DNA of 64,000 bases, taken from positions 32,001 through 96,000 of the forward strand of contig CAWFFH010000008.1 of assembly GCA_963815095.1 (NCBI GenBank). Direction: 5' to 3'. Made by a program: the position numbers and the translations under genes. This DNA comes from Candidatus Bathyarchaeota archaeon. Its GTDB lineage: Archaea; Thermoproteota; Bathyarchaeia; Bathyarchaeales; Bathycorpusculaceae. Under the pieces are notes generated by a model that ran no database searches, was not told the DNA's origin, and saw only the letters and a list, made by a program, of their open reading frames with translations. How positions within the stretch are numbered: position 1 is the stretch's first letter; every line of letters begins with the position of its first letter. This document shows positions 1-10,625 of the stretch, one piece after another.

Positions 1-5
1 TGAGT

Positions 6-560
6 CTAGAGCATTCGTAACAAGTCTGCCTTTGTAATGATGCCTATTACGATGCCTTTCTTCGATACTAAAACAGCTGAGTAAGTCTGCAAAAGACTAG
101 TTATCAACGATAGGGGAGCATCCTCGTTTATCTGTGGGAACGATTCTTCCATAATGTCTTCCGTTGGCAATTTGGAGATTTGCTCTAAATCTTTTCCAGA
201 AAGGATTTGGTGAAGAATTGCCTTTTCTGATATGCTGCCTACAGACTGTTTCCCATTAAAAACCGGTAGTTGTGAGTAACCGTGGTCTTTCATTATTTTT
301 ACGACTTCTGAGATTGGTTGATTTTTTTGGATGCTAAGGACGTCGTTGTGGACTATTTTTTCTGTTTGGACTTTAGTTTTGAATTCTAAACGTTCAAGCA
401 CGTCAAAGATGGTTTTTACTTTGGTGTAGGATGAATCTATGGTTCCTGCTTCAAGTTTGGCGATTAAGGATTGGCTGACGCCTGCGGCTTTGGCTAGTTC
501 TGATTGTTTTAGACCTAGTTGTCTGCGGCGTTTGGCAATGTCTTGCAGTGTCGGGACCAT
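6..560 (-). CDS. XRE-type HTH transcriptional regulator with C-terminal CBS pair (COG3620-like)
   Basis: N-terminal HTH (RRQLGLKQSELAKAAGVSQSLIAKLEAG) followed by two CBS motifs (HGYSQLPV...VGSISE; GIITKADLL). Divergent from the met operon. Confidence 0.9.
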   Translation of the reverse strand: MVPTLQDIAKRRRQLGLKQSELAKAAGVSQSLIAKLEAGTIDSSYTKVKTIFDVLERLEFKTKVQTEKIVHNDVLSIQKNQPISEVVKIMKDHGYSQLPVFNGKQSVGSISEKAILHQILSGKDLEQISKLPTEDIMEESFPQINEDAPLSLITSLLQTYSAVLVSKKGIVIGIITKADLLRML

Positions 561-585
561 GGTTTAATGATTGTTTTTATGGGCT

Positions 586-605
586 AATATTCTTTTTGGA
601 ATATT
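586..605. promoter_or_regulatory. Palindromic operator candidate AATATTC-N6-GAATATT
   Basis: Perfect 7-bp inverted repeat with a 6-nt spacer in the 112-bp gap between the regulator and metY. A second palindrome, ATAACG-C-CGTTAT, lies at 622-634. Confidence 0.55.
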
Positions 606-672
606 TTTTGCAAGAACCCATATAACGCCGTTATCCATATTTTGTTTCAACCAAAACAAGAGGCAACCAAAA

Positions 673-1974
673 ATGCCAAACAAAAAAATAGACACAATCG
701 CCCTCCACGCAGGGCAAGAAACTCCTGATCCAACTACAGGATCAAGAGCCGTCCCAATCTACCAAACAAGCTCATTCGTGTTCAAGAGCACAGAGCATGC
801 AGCAAACTTGTTTGCTCTAAAAGAGCTCGGAAACATTTACACAAGAATGATGAACCCCACAACTGATGTCTTCGAAAAAAGAGTTGCTGCAATCGAAGGC
901 GGAACCGGAGCCTTAGCTGTAGCATCAGGCCAAGCAGCAATATCATTGGCACTGCTAAACATAACACAAGTCGGCGACGAAATAGTCGCAGCCAACAACC
1001 TGTACGGCGGAACCTACAGCTTACTTCACTATACTTTCCCCAAATTAGCTAGAAAAGCAACCTTCGTTGATTCCCAGAAACCAAGCGAATTCAAAAAAGC
1101 CATTACACCCAAAACCCGTGTCATTTACGCTGAAACAATCGGCAACCCCAAACTCGATGTCCCAGACTTTGAAGCATTAGCAAAAATAGCTCACGAAGCG
1201 GGTGTCCCACTGGTTATAGATAACACGGTAGGGGTGGGTTTGGTGAAACCCATCGATTACGGTGCAGACATCCTAGTTACTTCAGCCACCAAATACATCG
1301 GTGGACACGGCACAAGCATCGGCGGAATAATAGTGGATTCTGGCAAATTCAAATGGAATAACGGCAAATATCCAGAATTTACCGCGCCAGATCCAAGCTA
1401 CCATGGAATAAAATATTGGGATGCTTTTGGAAACTTCCCAGATTTAGGAAACGTTGTATTCATATTCAAAGCGCGAGTCCAACTTCTACGAGATTTGGGA
1501 CCTACTTTGAGTCCATTCAATTCCTTCCTATTCCTTCAGGGCTTAGAAGATTTGCCCCTAAGACAACGCAGACACTCCGAAAACGCTTTACAAGTTGCAC
1601 AGTTCCTCAAGAATAATCCCTTGGTTAGCTGGGTTAACTACCCAGGCTTAACAGACAACCCCAACCACAAGGTTGCCTCAAAATATCTCAAAAAATACTA
1701 TGGTGGCTTAGTTGGGTTTGGCATAAAAGGCGGCTTAAGCTCAGGCAAAAAATTCATCGAATCAGTAAAACTGCTCTCGCACTTAGCAAACATTGGCGAC
1801 GCAAAAAGCCTAGTAATTCATCCAGCATCTACGACTCATCAACAATTGACTCCACAGGAACAGGCTACAACGGGAGTCACACCCGATTTTATCAGGCTCT
1901 CAATTGGCTTAGAGGACCCTGAAGACATAATCTCTGACATAGACCAAGCCCTCAAATCATCAGCCAAACCGTAA
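673..1974 (+). CDS. metY: O-acetylhomoserine aminocarboxypropyltransferase / sulfhydrylase (PLP-dependent)
   Basis: Motifs [33 protein letters not shown] (PLP lysine), [23 protein letters not shown] at 673 is more plausible than the ORF-track start at 571. Confidence 0.95.
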   Translation: MPNKKIDTIALHAGQETPDPTTGSRAVPIYQTSSFVFKSTEHAANLFALKELGNIYTRMMNPTTDVFEKRVAAIEGGTGALAVASGQAAISLALLNITQVGDEIVAANNLYGGTYSLLHYTFPKLARKATFVDSQKPSEFKKAITPKTRVIYAETIGNPKLDVPDFEALAKIAHEAGVPLVIDNTVGVGLVKPIDYGADILVTSATKYIGGHGTSIGGIIVDSGKFKWNNGKYPEFTAPDPSYHGIKYWDAFGNFPDLGNVVFIFKARVQLLRDLGPTLSPFNSFLFLQGLEDLPLRQRRHSENALQVAQFLKNNPLVSWVNYPGLTDNPNHKVASKYLKKYYGGLVGFGIKGGLSSGKKFIESVKLLSHLANIGDAKSLVIHPASTTHQQLTPQEQATTGVTPDFIRLSIGLEDPEDIISDIDQALKSSAKP

Positions 1975-1996
1975 ATACCTCACCTTTTCCTTTTTT

Positions 1997-3136
1997 ATGG
2001 AGGCAAACACGCTAATAATCAACGAAAAAACTAACCCAACGCAAACCTACACTTTCGCCAGTCCACCAGACGAGTTAACGTTGGAATCAGGCGAAAAACT
2101 AGGTTCAATTACGCTCGCCTACGAAACATACGGCAAGTTGAATAAACAAAAATCAAACGCAATTCTAATTCTTCATGCTCTCAGCGGCGATGCGCATGTT
2201 TCAGGACCAGGCGGTTGGTGGGAGAACCTCATAGGTAAAGGATATGGTATTGATACAGACAAGTACTTTGTCATATGCAGCAACGTTATTGGCGGCTGCA
2301 AGGGTTCAACTGGTCCATCTTCAATCAATCCAAAGACGGACAAGCCTTATGGTCTTAGTTTTCCATTGGTTAGCATAGGCGACATGGTTGAAGCACAAAA
2401 AAAACTCATAGATCATTTGGGTATTGAGAAACTTTTGGCTGTGGTTGGGGGCTCGATGGGTGGTATGCAGGTTTTGCAGTGGATGATCACGTACCCAAAC
2501 AGAATACGCTCGGCCATTCCTATAGCAACTACACTTAAGCATACTCCTCAGCAAATAGCTTTCAACGAAGTTGGTCGGCAAGCGGTGATGTCTGACCCTG
2601 ATTGGAAAAACGGCGACTACTACAGTCACAATCCACCAGCGAAAGGATTAGCTGTGGCTAGAATGATTGGGCACATAACCTACATGAGCGACACTTCAAT
2701 GACTGAGAAGTTTGGTCGAAAAACTCGAATTGATAAAGAACCCTTCAAATTCAGCGCTGACTACGAAGTCGAAGGATACCTACGTTACCGAGGAGACAAC
2801 TTTGTCAAACGTTTTGACGCCAACAGCTACCTATATCTCACCAAAGCCATAGACAACTTCAACATCCTAAACGGCCACAGTTTAGGCAAGGTCTTTTGGG
2901 GCTTAAAGGCAAAGGTTCTAGTGTTAGCTTTTAAATCGGATTGGCTCTACCCAGCTTATCAAAGCCAAGAAATCGTAAAAGCCTGCAAACTCGCCGATAT
3001 AGAGGCAAGTTATTGCGAAATAACTAGCACTTATGGACACGACTCTTTTCTGTTGGAAACTGAACAAGAAGCGCAGCTTATCGGGGGTTTCTTGAAGGCT
3101 GTGACAGCTGGAAATGGGGGCAGCGACCAAGCATGA
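1997..3136 (+). CDS. metX: Homoserine O-acetyltransferase
   Basis: Motifs [23 protein letters not shown] (nucleophile Ser), RFDANSY, YGHDSFL. Confidence 0.95.
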   Translation: MEANTLIINEKTNPTQTYTFASPPDELTLESGEKLGSITLAYETYGKLNKQKSNAILILHALSGDAHVSGPGGWWENLIGKGYGIDTDKYFVICSNVIGGCKGSTGPSSINPKTDKPYGLSFPLVSIGDMVEAQKKLIDHLGIEKLLAVVGGSMGGMQVLQWMITYPNRIRSAIPIATTLKHTPQQIAFNEVGRQAVMSDPDWKNGDYYSHNPPAKGLAVARMIGHITYMSDTSMTEKFGRKTRIDKEPFKFSADYEVEGYLRYRGDNFVKRFDANSYLYLTKAIDNFNILNGHSLGKVFWGLKAKVLVLAFKSDWLYPAYQSQEIVKACKLADIEASYCEITSTYGHDSFLLETEQEAQLIGGFLKAVTAGNGGSDQA

Positions 3137-3726
3137 CCAAGCAAACCCACGTGATAGAGCATAAAGTCATTTCAGGGTGGATAAGTAGCGGAGCATCCGT
3201 GTTGGATTTGGGGTGTGGCGATGGTGAATTGCTTTCTTTGCTGATTAGAAACAAGCAAGTGCATGCCCAAGGTGTGGAGCTAAACGATCAAGCTATCCAC
3301 AATTGTGTTACAGTGGGCTTAAGTGTGTTTCAACAAGATATTGATACGGGATTAACGGAATTCGCCGACAAAAGTGTCAATTACGTAATTTTGAACCAAA
3401 CGCTTCAACAAGTTAAGAAGCCTGATTTTGTCATAAAAGAAGCATTACGCGTAGGTAAAAAAGTTGTAGTTGGTTTCCCAAATTTCTGCTACGTTACTGA
3501 TCGCTTCCAGATTTTCTTCCGGGGAAAAGTTCCAGTTACACCCTCACTGCCCTTTGAATGGTATAATACCCCAAACTTGCATTTCTTAAGTATCTCAGAC
3601 TTCAAGGAATACTGCAAAAAGAACCAGATAACCATTGAAAATGCGGCATTCATTTCAAAGAATAGGAATGTTACTATTTTGCCTAATCTGTTTGGTGAAG
3701 TTGGGCTTTTCTTGCTTTCAAAATGA
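3133..3726 (+). CDS. metW: Methionine biosynthesis protein MetW (SAM-MTase fold)
   Basis: Motifs [37 protein letters not shown] overlap with the metX stop. Confidence 0.92.
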   Translation: MTKQTHVIEHKVISGWISSGASVLDLGCGDGELLSLLIRNKQVHAQGVELNDQAIHNCVTVGLSVFQQDIDTGLTEFADKSVNYVILNQTLQQVKKPDFVIKEALRVGKKVVVGFPNFCYVTDRFQIFFRGKVPVTPSLPFEWYNTPNLHFLSISDFKEYCKKNQITIENAAFISKNRNVTILPNLFGEVGLFLLSK

Positions 3727-3947
3727 ATTGCCATATTTTCTGCGGTGTTAATAGTTTAGAAAAACTTCAATATGACCTCCCCTCTTAGGTTGCTGCATAC
3801 AGTTTCTAATTGGATTTAACAAAAGTCCATTCATTAGTGCAAAGCGAATGAGCTATACCCACCAAACATAAGGTGTACAAAAGGTATTTTCAAATGGGTA
3901 AAGGTTTAAGTGCAACATTCATTCTTATTCTGCCAAAGGTATGAAAT

Positions 3948-4109
3948 ATGCCAACTCACGGAAGTCTATCAAAAGCTGGAAAAGTCCGCTCTCAAACACC
4001 AAAAATCACAGCGCAAGAGAGAACTGCTCCGAGTCCAAAAGCACGAAACAGACGAAACTTTGAGAAACGCGTGACTCTGCAGCGCAAAGCCGGTCAAAAC
4101 TGGGTCTAA
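3948..4109 (+). CDS. rps30e: 30S ribosomal protein S30e (53 aa, not in ORF track)
   Basis: Manual translation gives [53 protein letters not shown]. HGSLxKAGKVRxQTPK is the S30e signature. TATA-like AAAGGTTTAAG at ~3900 and a T-rich tract downstream. Confidence 0.95.
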   Translation: MPTHGSLSKAGKVRSQTPKITAQERTAPSPKARNRRNFEKRVTLQRKAGQNWV

Positions 4110-4195
4110 GCAGAATATTTTTTCAAGCTCATTTTTTCATTTTAAGTTAGTTTAGTTTATTTATTTGTAATCTTAACCTATTCTGGTACTTTCCT

Positions 4196-5791
4196 TTGAA
4201 CGCCCAAGTTGCCCTCAGAGAAATAATTGCAACATTGCTTTCTATGCCCTCGCCCACGCATGAAGACGTAAACCGCCTAAAAATCAAGGTCGCAGCAAAG
4301 TACCATTTAAAAGCTGTCCCCGCCAACGCCGATTTAATAACCGCATTGACCCCGACGGAAGCAAAAAAACTTTTACCTATTATTAGACGAAAAAATACTC
4401 GCGCCATCAGCGGCGTAACAGTAATCGCCGTCATGACTAAGCCTTATCCGTGTCCACAGCCTGAGCCCTGTGCTTACTGCCCCGGTGGACCCACCCAAGG
4501 CAGCCCCCAAAGCTACACAGGATATGAACCAGCCGCTTTGCGTGGAACCCAAAACAGTTTCGATCCATATGAACAAGTTAAAAGCCGCATACGCCAACTC
4601 ACAGCTATCGGGCACAAGGTGGATAAGGTCGAGTTAATCGTTATGGGCGGAACCTTCCCAGCCACTCCGATGGAGTACCAGACCTGGTTTATCCAGCGTT
4701 GCCTAGACGCCTTAACGGGAAAAACCTCTGCAAACCTGGATGAAGCTAAAGCGAATGCTGAAGTTAGCAAAACCCGCAACGTCGGCATAACCGTCGAAAC
4801 GCGGCCTGACTGGGCAAAACAAGTTCACATCGATGCTATGCTTGGCATGGGTGTAACGCGTGTGGAGATTGGCGTGCAGAATCCCGATGACGAAATTTAT
4901 CATCTTGTTGGAAGAACCCACACCGTTGCAGACGTAATTGAGGCCACGCAAATTGCTAAAGATTCGGGATTAAAAATTGTTTATCACTTAATGCCTGGAA
5001 TGCCTGGTTCTAATGCTGAAAAAGATATCGCTGCGTTCAAAAGAGTTTTTTCCAATCTAGATTTTAAACCGGATATGATAAAAATTTATCCATGCCTAGC
5101 CATTGCTGGAACCAAAGCCAATGAGTGGTTTCAGAAAGGCACGTTTGAGCCTTATACAACTGAACAAGCCGCCAACGTAATCGCGGAAATCAAAAAAACC
5201 ATTCCGCAATGGGTAAGAGTGATGCGTGTGCAACGCGACATTCCAGCCAGACTTATTTTGGCAGGCGTAAAAAAGAGTGATGTGCGAGAGCTTGCCCAGT
5301 CAAAACTTAAAGCACAGGGTAACCAATGCCAATGTATCCGGTGCCGAGAAGTGGGACACCGTTTGGAAGTTGACCACGTAAGGCCTGATTTGGAAAAAAT
5401 CAAAATCCTAACCCAACACTACGAAGCTTCGGGAGGTAAAGAATTTTTCATATCAGTCGAAGATCCAGAAAACAATGTTTTGTTAGGTTACTTGCGTATG
5501 CGTGTTCCTTCTGTGAAGGCTCACAGACCAGAAATCACTGCTATGCCCTCTGCAATTGTGCGGGAACTCCACGTTTACGGACAGCTTGTCCCAGTCGGAA
5601 AACACACCGCTGGCGCTTGGCAGCACAAGGGTTACGGACAAATTCTACTAAAAGAAGCCGAACGCTTAGCAGGAGAAGAACTTGGTCTGAAAAAGCTTTT
5701 AGTTATCAGTGCGTTAGGAACAAGAAGGTATTACATGCGTTTCGGGTACGAACGCGATGGAGTTTACGTTTCAAAAAAACTGGTGAATTAA
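4196..5791 (+). CDS. elp3: Elp3 tRNA U34 carboxymethyltransferase (radical SAM + GNAT)
   Basis: Motifs CPQPEPCAYCPGG, QSYTGYEPAA, ETRPDW, RVQRDIP, CIRCREVG, VRELHVYG, QHKGYG. Confidence 0.95.
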   Translation: MNAQVALREIIATLLSMPSPTHEDVNRLKIKVAAKYHLKAVPANADLITALTPTEAKKLLPIIRRKNTRAISGVTVIAVMTKPYPCPQPEPCAYCPGGPTQGSPQSYTGYEPAALRGTQNSFDPYEQVKSRIRQLTAIGHKVDKVELIVMGGTFPATPMEYQTWFIQRCLDALTGKTSANLDEAKANAEVSKTRNVGITVETRPDWAKQVHIDAMLGMGVTRVEIGVQNPDDEIYHLVGRTHTVADVIEATQIAKDSGLKIVYHLMPGMPGSNAEKDIAAFKRVFSNLDFKPDMIKIYPCLAIAGTKANEWFQKGTFEPYTTEQAANVIAEIKKTIPQWVRVMRVQRDIPARLILAGVKKSDVRELAQSKLKAQGNQCQCIRCREVGHRLEVDHVRPDLEKIKILTQHYEASGGKEFFISVEDPENNVLLGYLRMRVPSVKAHRPEITAMPSAIVRELHVYGQLVPVGKHTAGAWQHKGYGQILLKEAERLAGEELGLKKLLVISALGTRRYYMRFGYERDGVYVSKKLVN

Positions 5792-5792
5792 A

Positions 5793-7133
5793 ATGAGTCA
5801 AATTGAAGATTCAGGTTACAAAGGCGAGGCACTGCGCCTGCTAAAACAAGCCGACTGCAGCGTCGGAGACATTCTGAAAGTCATAAGCAAAGGCAAAACC
5901 TACGAGGGCATATTGATTCCCCGCTCAGGCGAGGGGACAGCCATCATTATCAAGATGAAAAGTGGCTATAATATCGGCATCCAAGCCTCCTCGGACATTG
6001 AAGTTGAAAAAATCGGGAAGGGCACCAAACCCACCTTCGCTTCACCGCCCATTCCCAAACAGAACCCTGCTTTACCCCACGTTGTTATCATGAGCACTGG
6101 CGGAACCATCGCTAGCCGAGTAGACTACCGCACAGGCGCAGTGCGCTCAGCGATTTCAGCCAGCGATCTATATGGCGTGGTTCCAGAGCTCGCTGACGTA
6201 GCAAGAGTTGACACAGAAATTGTTTTTAGTATTTACAGCGAAAACCTCACCCAGCAAAACTGGCAAGAACTGGCCATTAAGGTGGCAGAGCGCATCGAGC
6301 AAGGCGTGGATGGCGTTGTCATTGCGCATGGCACAGACACTATGGCTTACACATCAGCCGCTTTGAGCTTCGCACTGCAGAATTTGCCCGTTCCAGTTAT
6401 TCTCGTTGGGGCCCAGCGTTCTTCTGACCGCCCCAGCAGTGATGCAGCAACAAATCTGATTGGTGCAGTTAAAGCCGCTGGAGAAGCGCCCTTTGCCGAG
6501 GTTGGATTGGCGATGCATGAAACTGTCTCTGACACCGCAATCGTAGTTCATAGGGGAACAAAAGTACGCAAGTGCCACACAAGCCGAAGAGACACCTTCA
6601 AGGCGATTAACGGTTTTACCATTGCGAAAGTCAAAGATTTGCAAGTTACAATGCAAACTGACCAATACCCGCGCCGAGACCCCAAGAAAAAACTGGTTCT
6701 CAAACCTAATTTTAGCGAAAAAGTAGCGCTTGTAAAGTTCTATCCTGGACTCGACCCCGCTATCATTGACTTTTACGTTGAAAAGGGCATGAAGGGCATT
6801 CTGCTTGAAGGTTCAGGTTTAGGTCATGTCAGCAAATTCTGCTTTGACGCTATCAAAAACGCAGTGTCCAAAGGAGTAGTAGTTGCTTTAGCTTCCCAAT
6901 GCATCTGGGGTCGTGTAAACATGAACGTCTACGATACAGGACGCGATTTGCAATCATTCGGTGTTGTGCCGCTTGACGACATGTTCCCCGAAACCGGGCT
7001 TGTTAAACTCATGTGGGCTCTTGGACAAACGGATGATCCAAATGAAGCCGTCAAATTGCTGAAAACTAATATTGCAGGTGAATTCTCCCCCCGAACGCTT
7101 CCACAAGACAAAATCGTTGAAGGAGCACAATAA
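5793..7133 (+). CDS. gatD: Glu-tRNA(Gln) amidotransferase subunit D
   Basis: Motifs KMKSGYNIG, STGGTIASRVDYRTGAV, HGTDTM, GAQRSSDRPSSD, RKCHTSRRD. Confidence 0.97.
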   Translation: MSQIEDSGYKGEALRLLKQADCSVGDILKVISKGKTYEGILIPRSGEGTAIIIKMKSGYNIGIQASSDIEVEKIGKGTKPTFASPPIPKQNPALPHVVIMSTGGTIASRVDYRTGAVRSAISASDLYGVVPELADVARVDTEIVFSIYSENLTQQNWQELAIKVAERIEQGVDGVVIAHGTDTMAYTSAALSFALQNLPVPVILVGAQRSSDRPSSDAATNLIGAVKAAGEAPFAEVGLAMHETVSDTAIVVHRGTKVRKCHTSRRDTFKAINGFTIAKVKDLQVTMQTDQYPRRDPKKKLVLKPNFSEKVALVKFYPGLDPAIIDFYVEKGMKGILLEGSGLGHVSKFCFDAIKNAVSKGVVVALASQCIWGRVNMNVYDTGRDLQSFGVVPLDDMFPETGLVKLMWALGQTDDPNEAVKLLKTNIAGEFSPRTLPQDKIVEGAQ

Positions 7134-7134
7134 A

Positions 7135-9033
7135 ATGACCATCGACTACGCTAAAGTGGGCTTAAAAGTGGGTTTAGAAATCCACCAACAACTCAACGTC
7201 AACAGCAAACTATTCTGTAGTTGCCCTCCTGAACTCTTCAAAGAAAAACCCGAAATCACATTCCTACGGAGACTACGACCAACTCAGAGTGAACTGGGAC
7301 AGGTTGATCCTGCAGCATATTTTGAGTTCCAAAAGGGTGTAAAAATCCTCTACGAAGCCAACCACAAAAGCTCCTGTCTCGTCGAGATGGATGAAGAGCC
7401 ACCTCACCCAATTAACTTGGATGCGGTCGAAGTGGTCTTGACTGCTTCGTTAATGATGAATATGCAACCCGTCGACGAAGTTCATGTCATGCGTAAAACC
7501 GTTATCGATGGCTCAAACACTACGGGCTTTCAGAGAACGTGCATTATCGGTTTGGACGGTTGGATTAAGGTCGGCGAGAAAATTATCCCTATGCAAGCCT
7601 CGAGCTTAGAGGAAGATGCTGCTCGCAAAACTGGCGCCCAAGACGAAGGCAAAACCATCCGTTACCGCATCGACCGTTTAGGAATCCCACTCATCGAAGT
7701 TGCGACTGCACCCGTAATTTATTCGCCGCAAGAGGCACAAGAAGTTGCATTTGCAATTGGTAGAATACTTCGTGACACAGGCAAAGTTATGAGGGGTCTA
7801 GGCACAATTCGCCAAGACCTCAACGTCTCCTTACCAAACGGTGCCTTAATTGAAATTAAAGGCGTTCAGGAACTCGAATTAATTTCTACTGTCGTCGAAT
7901 ATGAAGTTCAGAGGCAGCTTGAGTTAATCGAAGTTAAAGAAGAACTTGCCAAACGCGGAATTAAACCTGAATCGCTCAAGCCCGAATATGTCGATGTCAC
8001 AGCAATCTTCAAAGACACTAAAAGCAAAGTTATCCGCAAAGCGGTCGACAAAAACCATAAAGTCTTAGCCGTCAAACTTTTGGGTTTTGCAGGTTTAACC
8101 GGTCGTGAATTGATGCCAAATTTCCGGTTAGGCTCAGAGCTGTCTGACCGCGCTAAATTCTGGGGTAGAGTCGGAGGAATATTCCACACAGACGAGTTGC
8201 TTTCTAACTATGGCATAACGCCTGCAGAGGTTGAAGCTGTACGCGAAGCAGTCAGTGCCAATGAAGCCGATGCTGTCGTGTTTGTTGCAGACACAGCTGA
8301 AAACACCCAAGATGCCCTCAAAGCAGTTGTAGAGCGGGCGCAAGAAGCCTGCACAGGCATCCCCGCGGAAACTCGAACTGCCAAAGACGACGGAACTACT
8401 CGGTACATGCGTCCACGTCCAGGCGCTGCAAGAATGTACCCCGAAACCGATATCCCCGCGCAACCCATAACAGAACAGATGGTGAACAAAATCTGTTCAC
8501 ATCTTCCCGAACCAGCCGACAAAAAGCTTGCCCGACTCATAAGACAGTATGGCTTAAACGAAAAATTGGCCAAACAACTCATCGACTCCGAATACCTCTT
8601 GCTCTTTGAAGATACCGCCAAAGCTGGCGCCGTCGCAGCATCCACCGTTGCAGCATTCTTGACCGAAACTATCAAAGCGCTCAAACGTGAAGGGATCCAA
8701 ACCGAAAATGTGACAGATAACCAAATCAGCTCCATTTTCAAATCCGTCGGCTCAGGAGAACTCGCCAAAGAAGCAATTTCAGAAGTGTTTAGTTGGCTTT
8801 CTAAAAATGAGGGCAAAACCATGCAGGATGCAGGTGCCGCTTTAGGTCTCAAAATGTTTACTGAAGCAGACTTAGCGCTAATTATCGATCGGATAATCGC
8901 TGCCAACAGCCAGCAAATCGAAAAGTTGGGCAAGAATGCTCAGGGGATGCTTATGGGAGCGGCAATGAAAGAAGTTCGTGGAAAGGCTAATCCTGAACTT
9001 GTAGGTAGACTTTTGCGGGAACGTCTAAAATAG
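7135..9033 (+). CDS. gatE: Glu-tRNA(Gln) amidotransferase subunit E
   Basis: Motifs GLKVGLEIHQQL, RRLRPTQSELG, IDGSNTTGFQRT, RGLGTIRQDLNVS, RPRPGAARMYPETDIP. ATG at 7135 directly follows the gatD stop. Confidence 0.97.
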   Translation: MTIDYAKVGLKVGLEIHQQLNVNSKLFCSCPPELFKEKPEITFLRRLRPTQSELGQVDPAAYFEFQKGVKILYEANHKSSCLVEMDEEPPHPINLDAVEVVLTASLMMNMQPVDEVHVMRKTVIDGSNTTGFQRTCIIGLDGWIKVGEKIIPMQASSLEEDAARKTGAQDEGKTIRYRIDRLGIPLIEVATAPVIYSPQEAQEVAFAIGRILRDTGKVMRGLGTIRQDLNVSLPNGALIEIKGVQELELISTVVEYEVQRQLELIEVKEELAKRGIKPESLKPEYVDVTAIFKDTKSKVIRKAVDKNHKVLAVKLLGFAGLTGRELMPNFRLGSELSDRAKFWGRVGGIFHTDELLSNYGITPAEVEAVREAVSANEADAVVFVADTAENTQDALKAVVERAQEACTGIPAETRTAKDDGTTRYMRPRPGAARMYPETDIPAQPITEQMVNKICSHLPEPADKKLARLIRQYGLNEKLAKQLIDSEYLLLFEDTAKAGAVAASTVAAFLTETIKALKREGIQTENVTDNQISSIFKSVGSGELAKEAISEVFSWLSKNEGKTMQDAGAALGLKMFTEADLALIIDRIIAANSQQIEKLGKNAQGMLMGAAMKEVRGKANPELVGRLLRERLK

Positions 9034-9114
9034 CGTTTTTTATGTTAAAAGAAGCTATTAGCCGCAAATCCTAAATGTTTTCTCAGAGTATAGTTATAGA
9101 CGAGGCTTTAGCCT

Positions 9115-9591
9115 ATGAAACGTATTGAAGCACGCATAAAAACTGGTTTTGGTGAAGTTGTAATTGAAGGCGAAAGCCCCCAAGACATAATGAATATGCT
9201 GGAATCAATTCCAGAAAATTTTGTTGAGAAACTCTCCGATTTTGTATCTAACCGATTAACCCCTTCAGGCGCGCAATTAAAAGGCATAATTGAACCTACA
9301 ACTGAAGGCCCAATAATAGTCACACGCGAGAACCTCACACACTATGAAGCAGTAGGGCTTGTGTTGTATGCTTCGGATGAGCGAAAAAACACCGCTGCGA
9401 TGGTTCAGAAGCTTTTGGAATCCAGCGGCATAAAAAGTATGGTGCCCGCCCGGCTCAATGAGATGACTAAAAGGGGACAAGTCTTCAAACCGGACCCCAA
9501 CAAACCTGAGTTCAAACTGACAATTCAGGGCGAAAAATGGGTAGAACAAGACGTTCTCTCCAAACTTAGGGGAAAGATGAGTGAGCGTTAA
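9115..9591 (+). CDS. Hypothetical protein, probable C-terminal winged helix
   Basis: Intact 158-aa ORF. Pattern ARLNEMTKRGQV...FKLTIQG resembles a wHTH recognition helix and wing. Paralogous to the next gene. Confidence 0.65.
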   Translation: MKRIEARIKTGFGEVVIEGESPQDIMNMLESIPENFVEKLSDFVSNRLTPSGAQLKGIIEPTTEGPIIVTRENLTHYEAVGLVLYASDERKNTAAMVQKLLESSGIKSMVPARLNEMTKRGQVFKPDPNKPEFKLTIQGEKWVEQDVLSKLRGKMSER

Positions 9592-10093
9592 ACCCGAAAA
9601 AATCCACATACAAATAAAATACAAGGGCATTGAACAGCAATTTTCTGCTGAAACTCAAGAAGCGTGGTTATTGCTTAACCAATTCTTCAAAGACATGTTG
9701 CCTTCTTTTGAGATTGCCCAAAAACTCTGGCTAAACGTTGACGTTGCGCAGCTTGCAAGAGATCTAAATGGTATACTGGCTTTTTCTAGGGATGGCGTAA
9801 GTTTACTGGTGCCTAAAAATAAGTTGACTGATTATGAAGCCTTGTTGGTTTGGCTTGTTTCTTATTATCTTGGTCACCAGCTTGGCTTAGTTGGAAGCGA
9901 TTTGGTCTCGAAAAAGGAGTTGCAAACGAAGCTTGCCAAAAGCGGCAAGATAACTAGCACGCGGCTTGGTGAATTAGTTAAGGATGAATTAGTGGCTAAA
10001 ACGGGTGATGATTGCTTTAAGGTAACATCTTTTGGAATTATTCAAGTGCAGAAGGATATTATTCCAAAAATACGGGCTAAAATGACCGTTTAA
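9581..10093 (+). CDS. Hypothetical protein, probable C-terminal winged helix (paralog of upstream gene)
   Basis: Pattern STRLGELVKDELV...FKVTSFG. Overlaps the upstream gene by 11 nt. Confidence 0.65.
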   Translation: MSVKPEKIHIQIKYKGIEQQFSAETQEAWLLLNQFFKDMLPSFEIAQKLWLNVDVAQLARDLNGILAFSRDGVSLLVPKNKLTDYEALLVWLVSYYLGHQLGLVGSDLVSKKELQTKLAKSGKITSTRLGELVKDELVAKTGDDCFKVTSFGIIQVQKDIIPKIRAKMTV

Positions 10094-10109
10094 GAGTTAA
10101 AAAGTAAGC

Positions 10110-10406
10110 GTGCAAAAAGCATATTACTTACTTAATCTTAATTTTATAGTAGGGATTCTATTGGATAATACAGTTTTAATGACCATTATTCTTTTTGTTT
10201 TGGGCAACTTTACCTTTGACCTTACAGCGCTGATTATATTAGTCATAATTGGCTTGATAATCATAGTTCTAATCAAACTTTTCTTAGTGCTGATTCCAGC
10301 GATTATAGTCGCCGCCATAGTTTGGTTTTTGACGGGGGGTAACTTGTTTTGGGCAGGCATTGCTTTCCTTGTGGTTGCTGCGCTGTCAATTCTGGCCAAG
10401 TTGTAG
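10110..10406 (+). CDS. Small integral membrane protein
   Basis: Almost entirely hydrophobic 98-aa ORF. The true start may be downstream (~10179). Confidence 0.55.
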   Translation: MQKAYYLLNLNFIVGILLDNTVLMTIILFVLGNFTFDLTALIILVIIGLIIIVLIKLFLVLIPAIIVAAIVWFLTGGNLFWAGIAFLVVAALSILAKL

Positions 10407-10625
10407 GTTCCCAAAAAATCCTTTTTTCTTTTTGCAATTTTTCTTATACAGTTTTTGCGTTACTGATGGTTATGGAAAGTTAAATTTTTATAATTATTTC
10501 CCAAAGCAAACTTTCTTTATTGCTTATAGTAAATCCTTTTTGTTGAGAGCTGTGGCTCTTTCATAAGACTTTTATATTTGGGATGGAGTTCTTGCATAAT
10601 AACAGAAATGGACAGGGACCCTAAA

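Noticed and set aside
782-9630. Numerous antisense or overlapping ORFs within metY, metX, elp3, gatD and gatE (e.g. 8208-8933)
   Set aside because: Shadow ORFs of well-conserved genes with no recognisable motifs.
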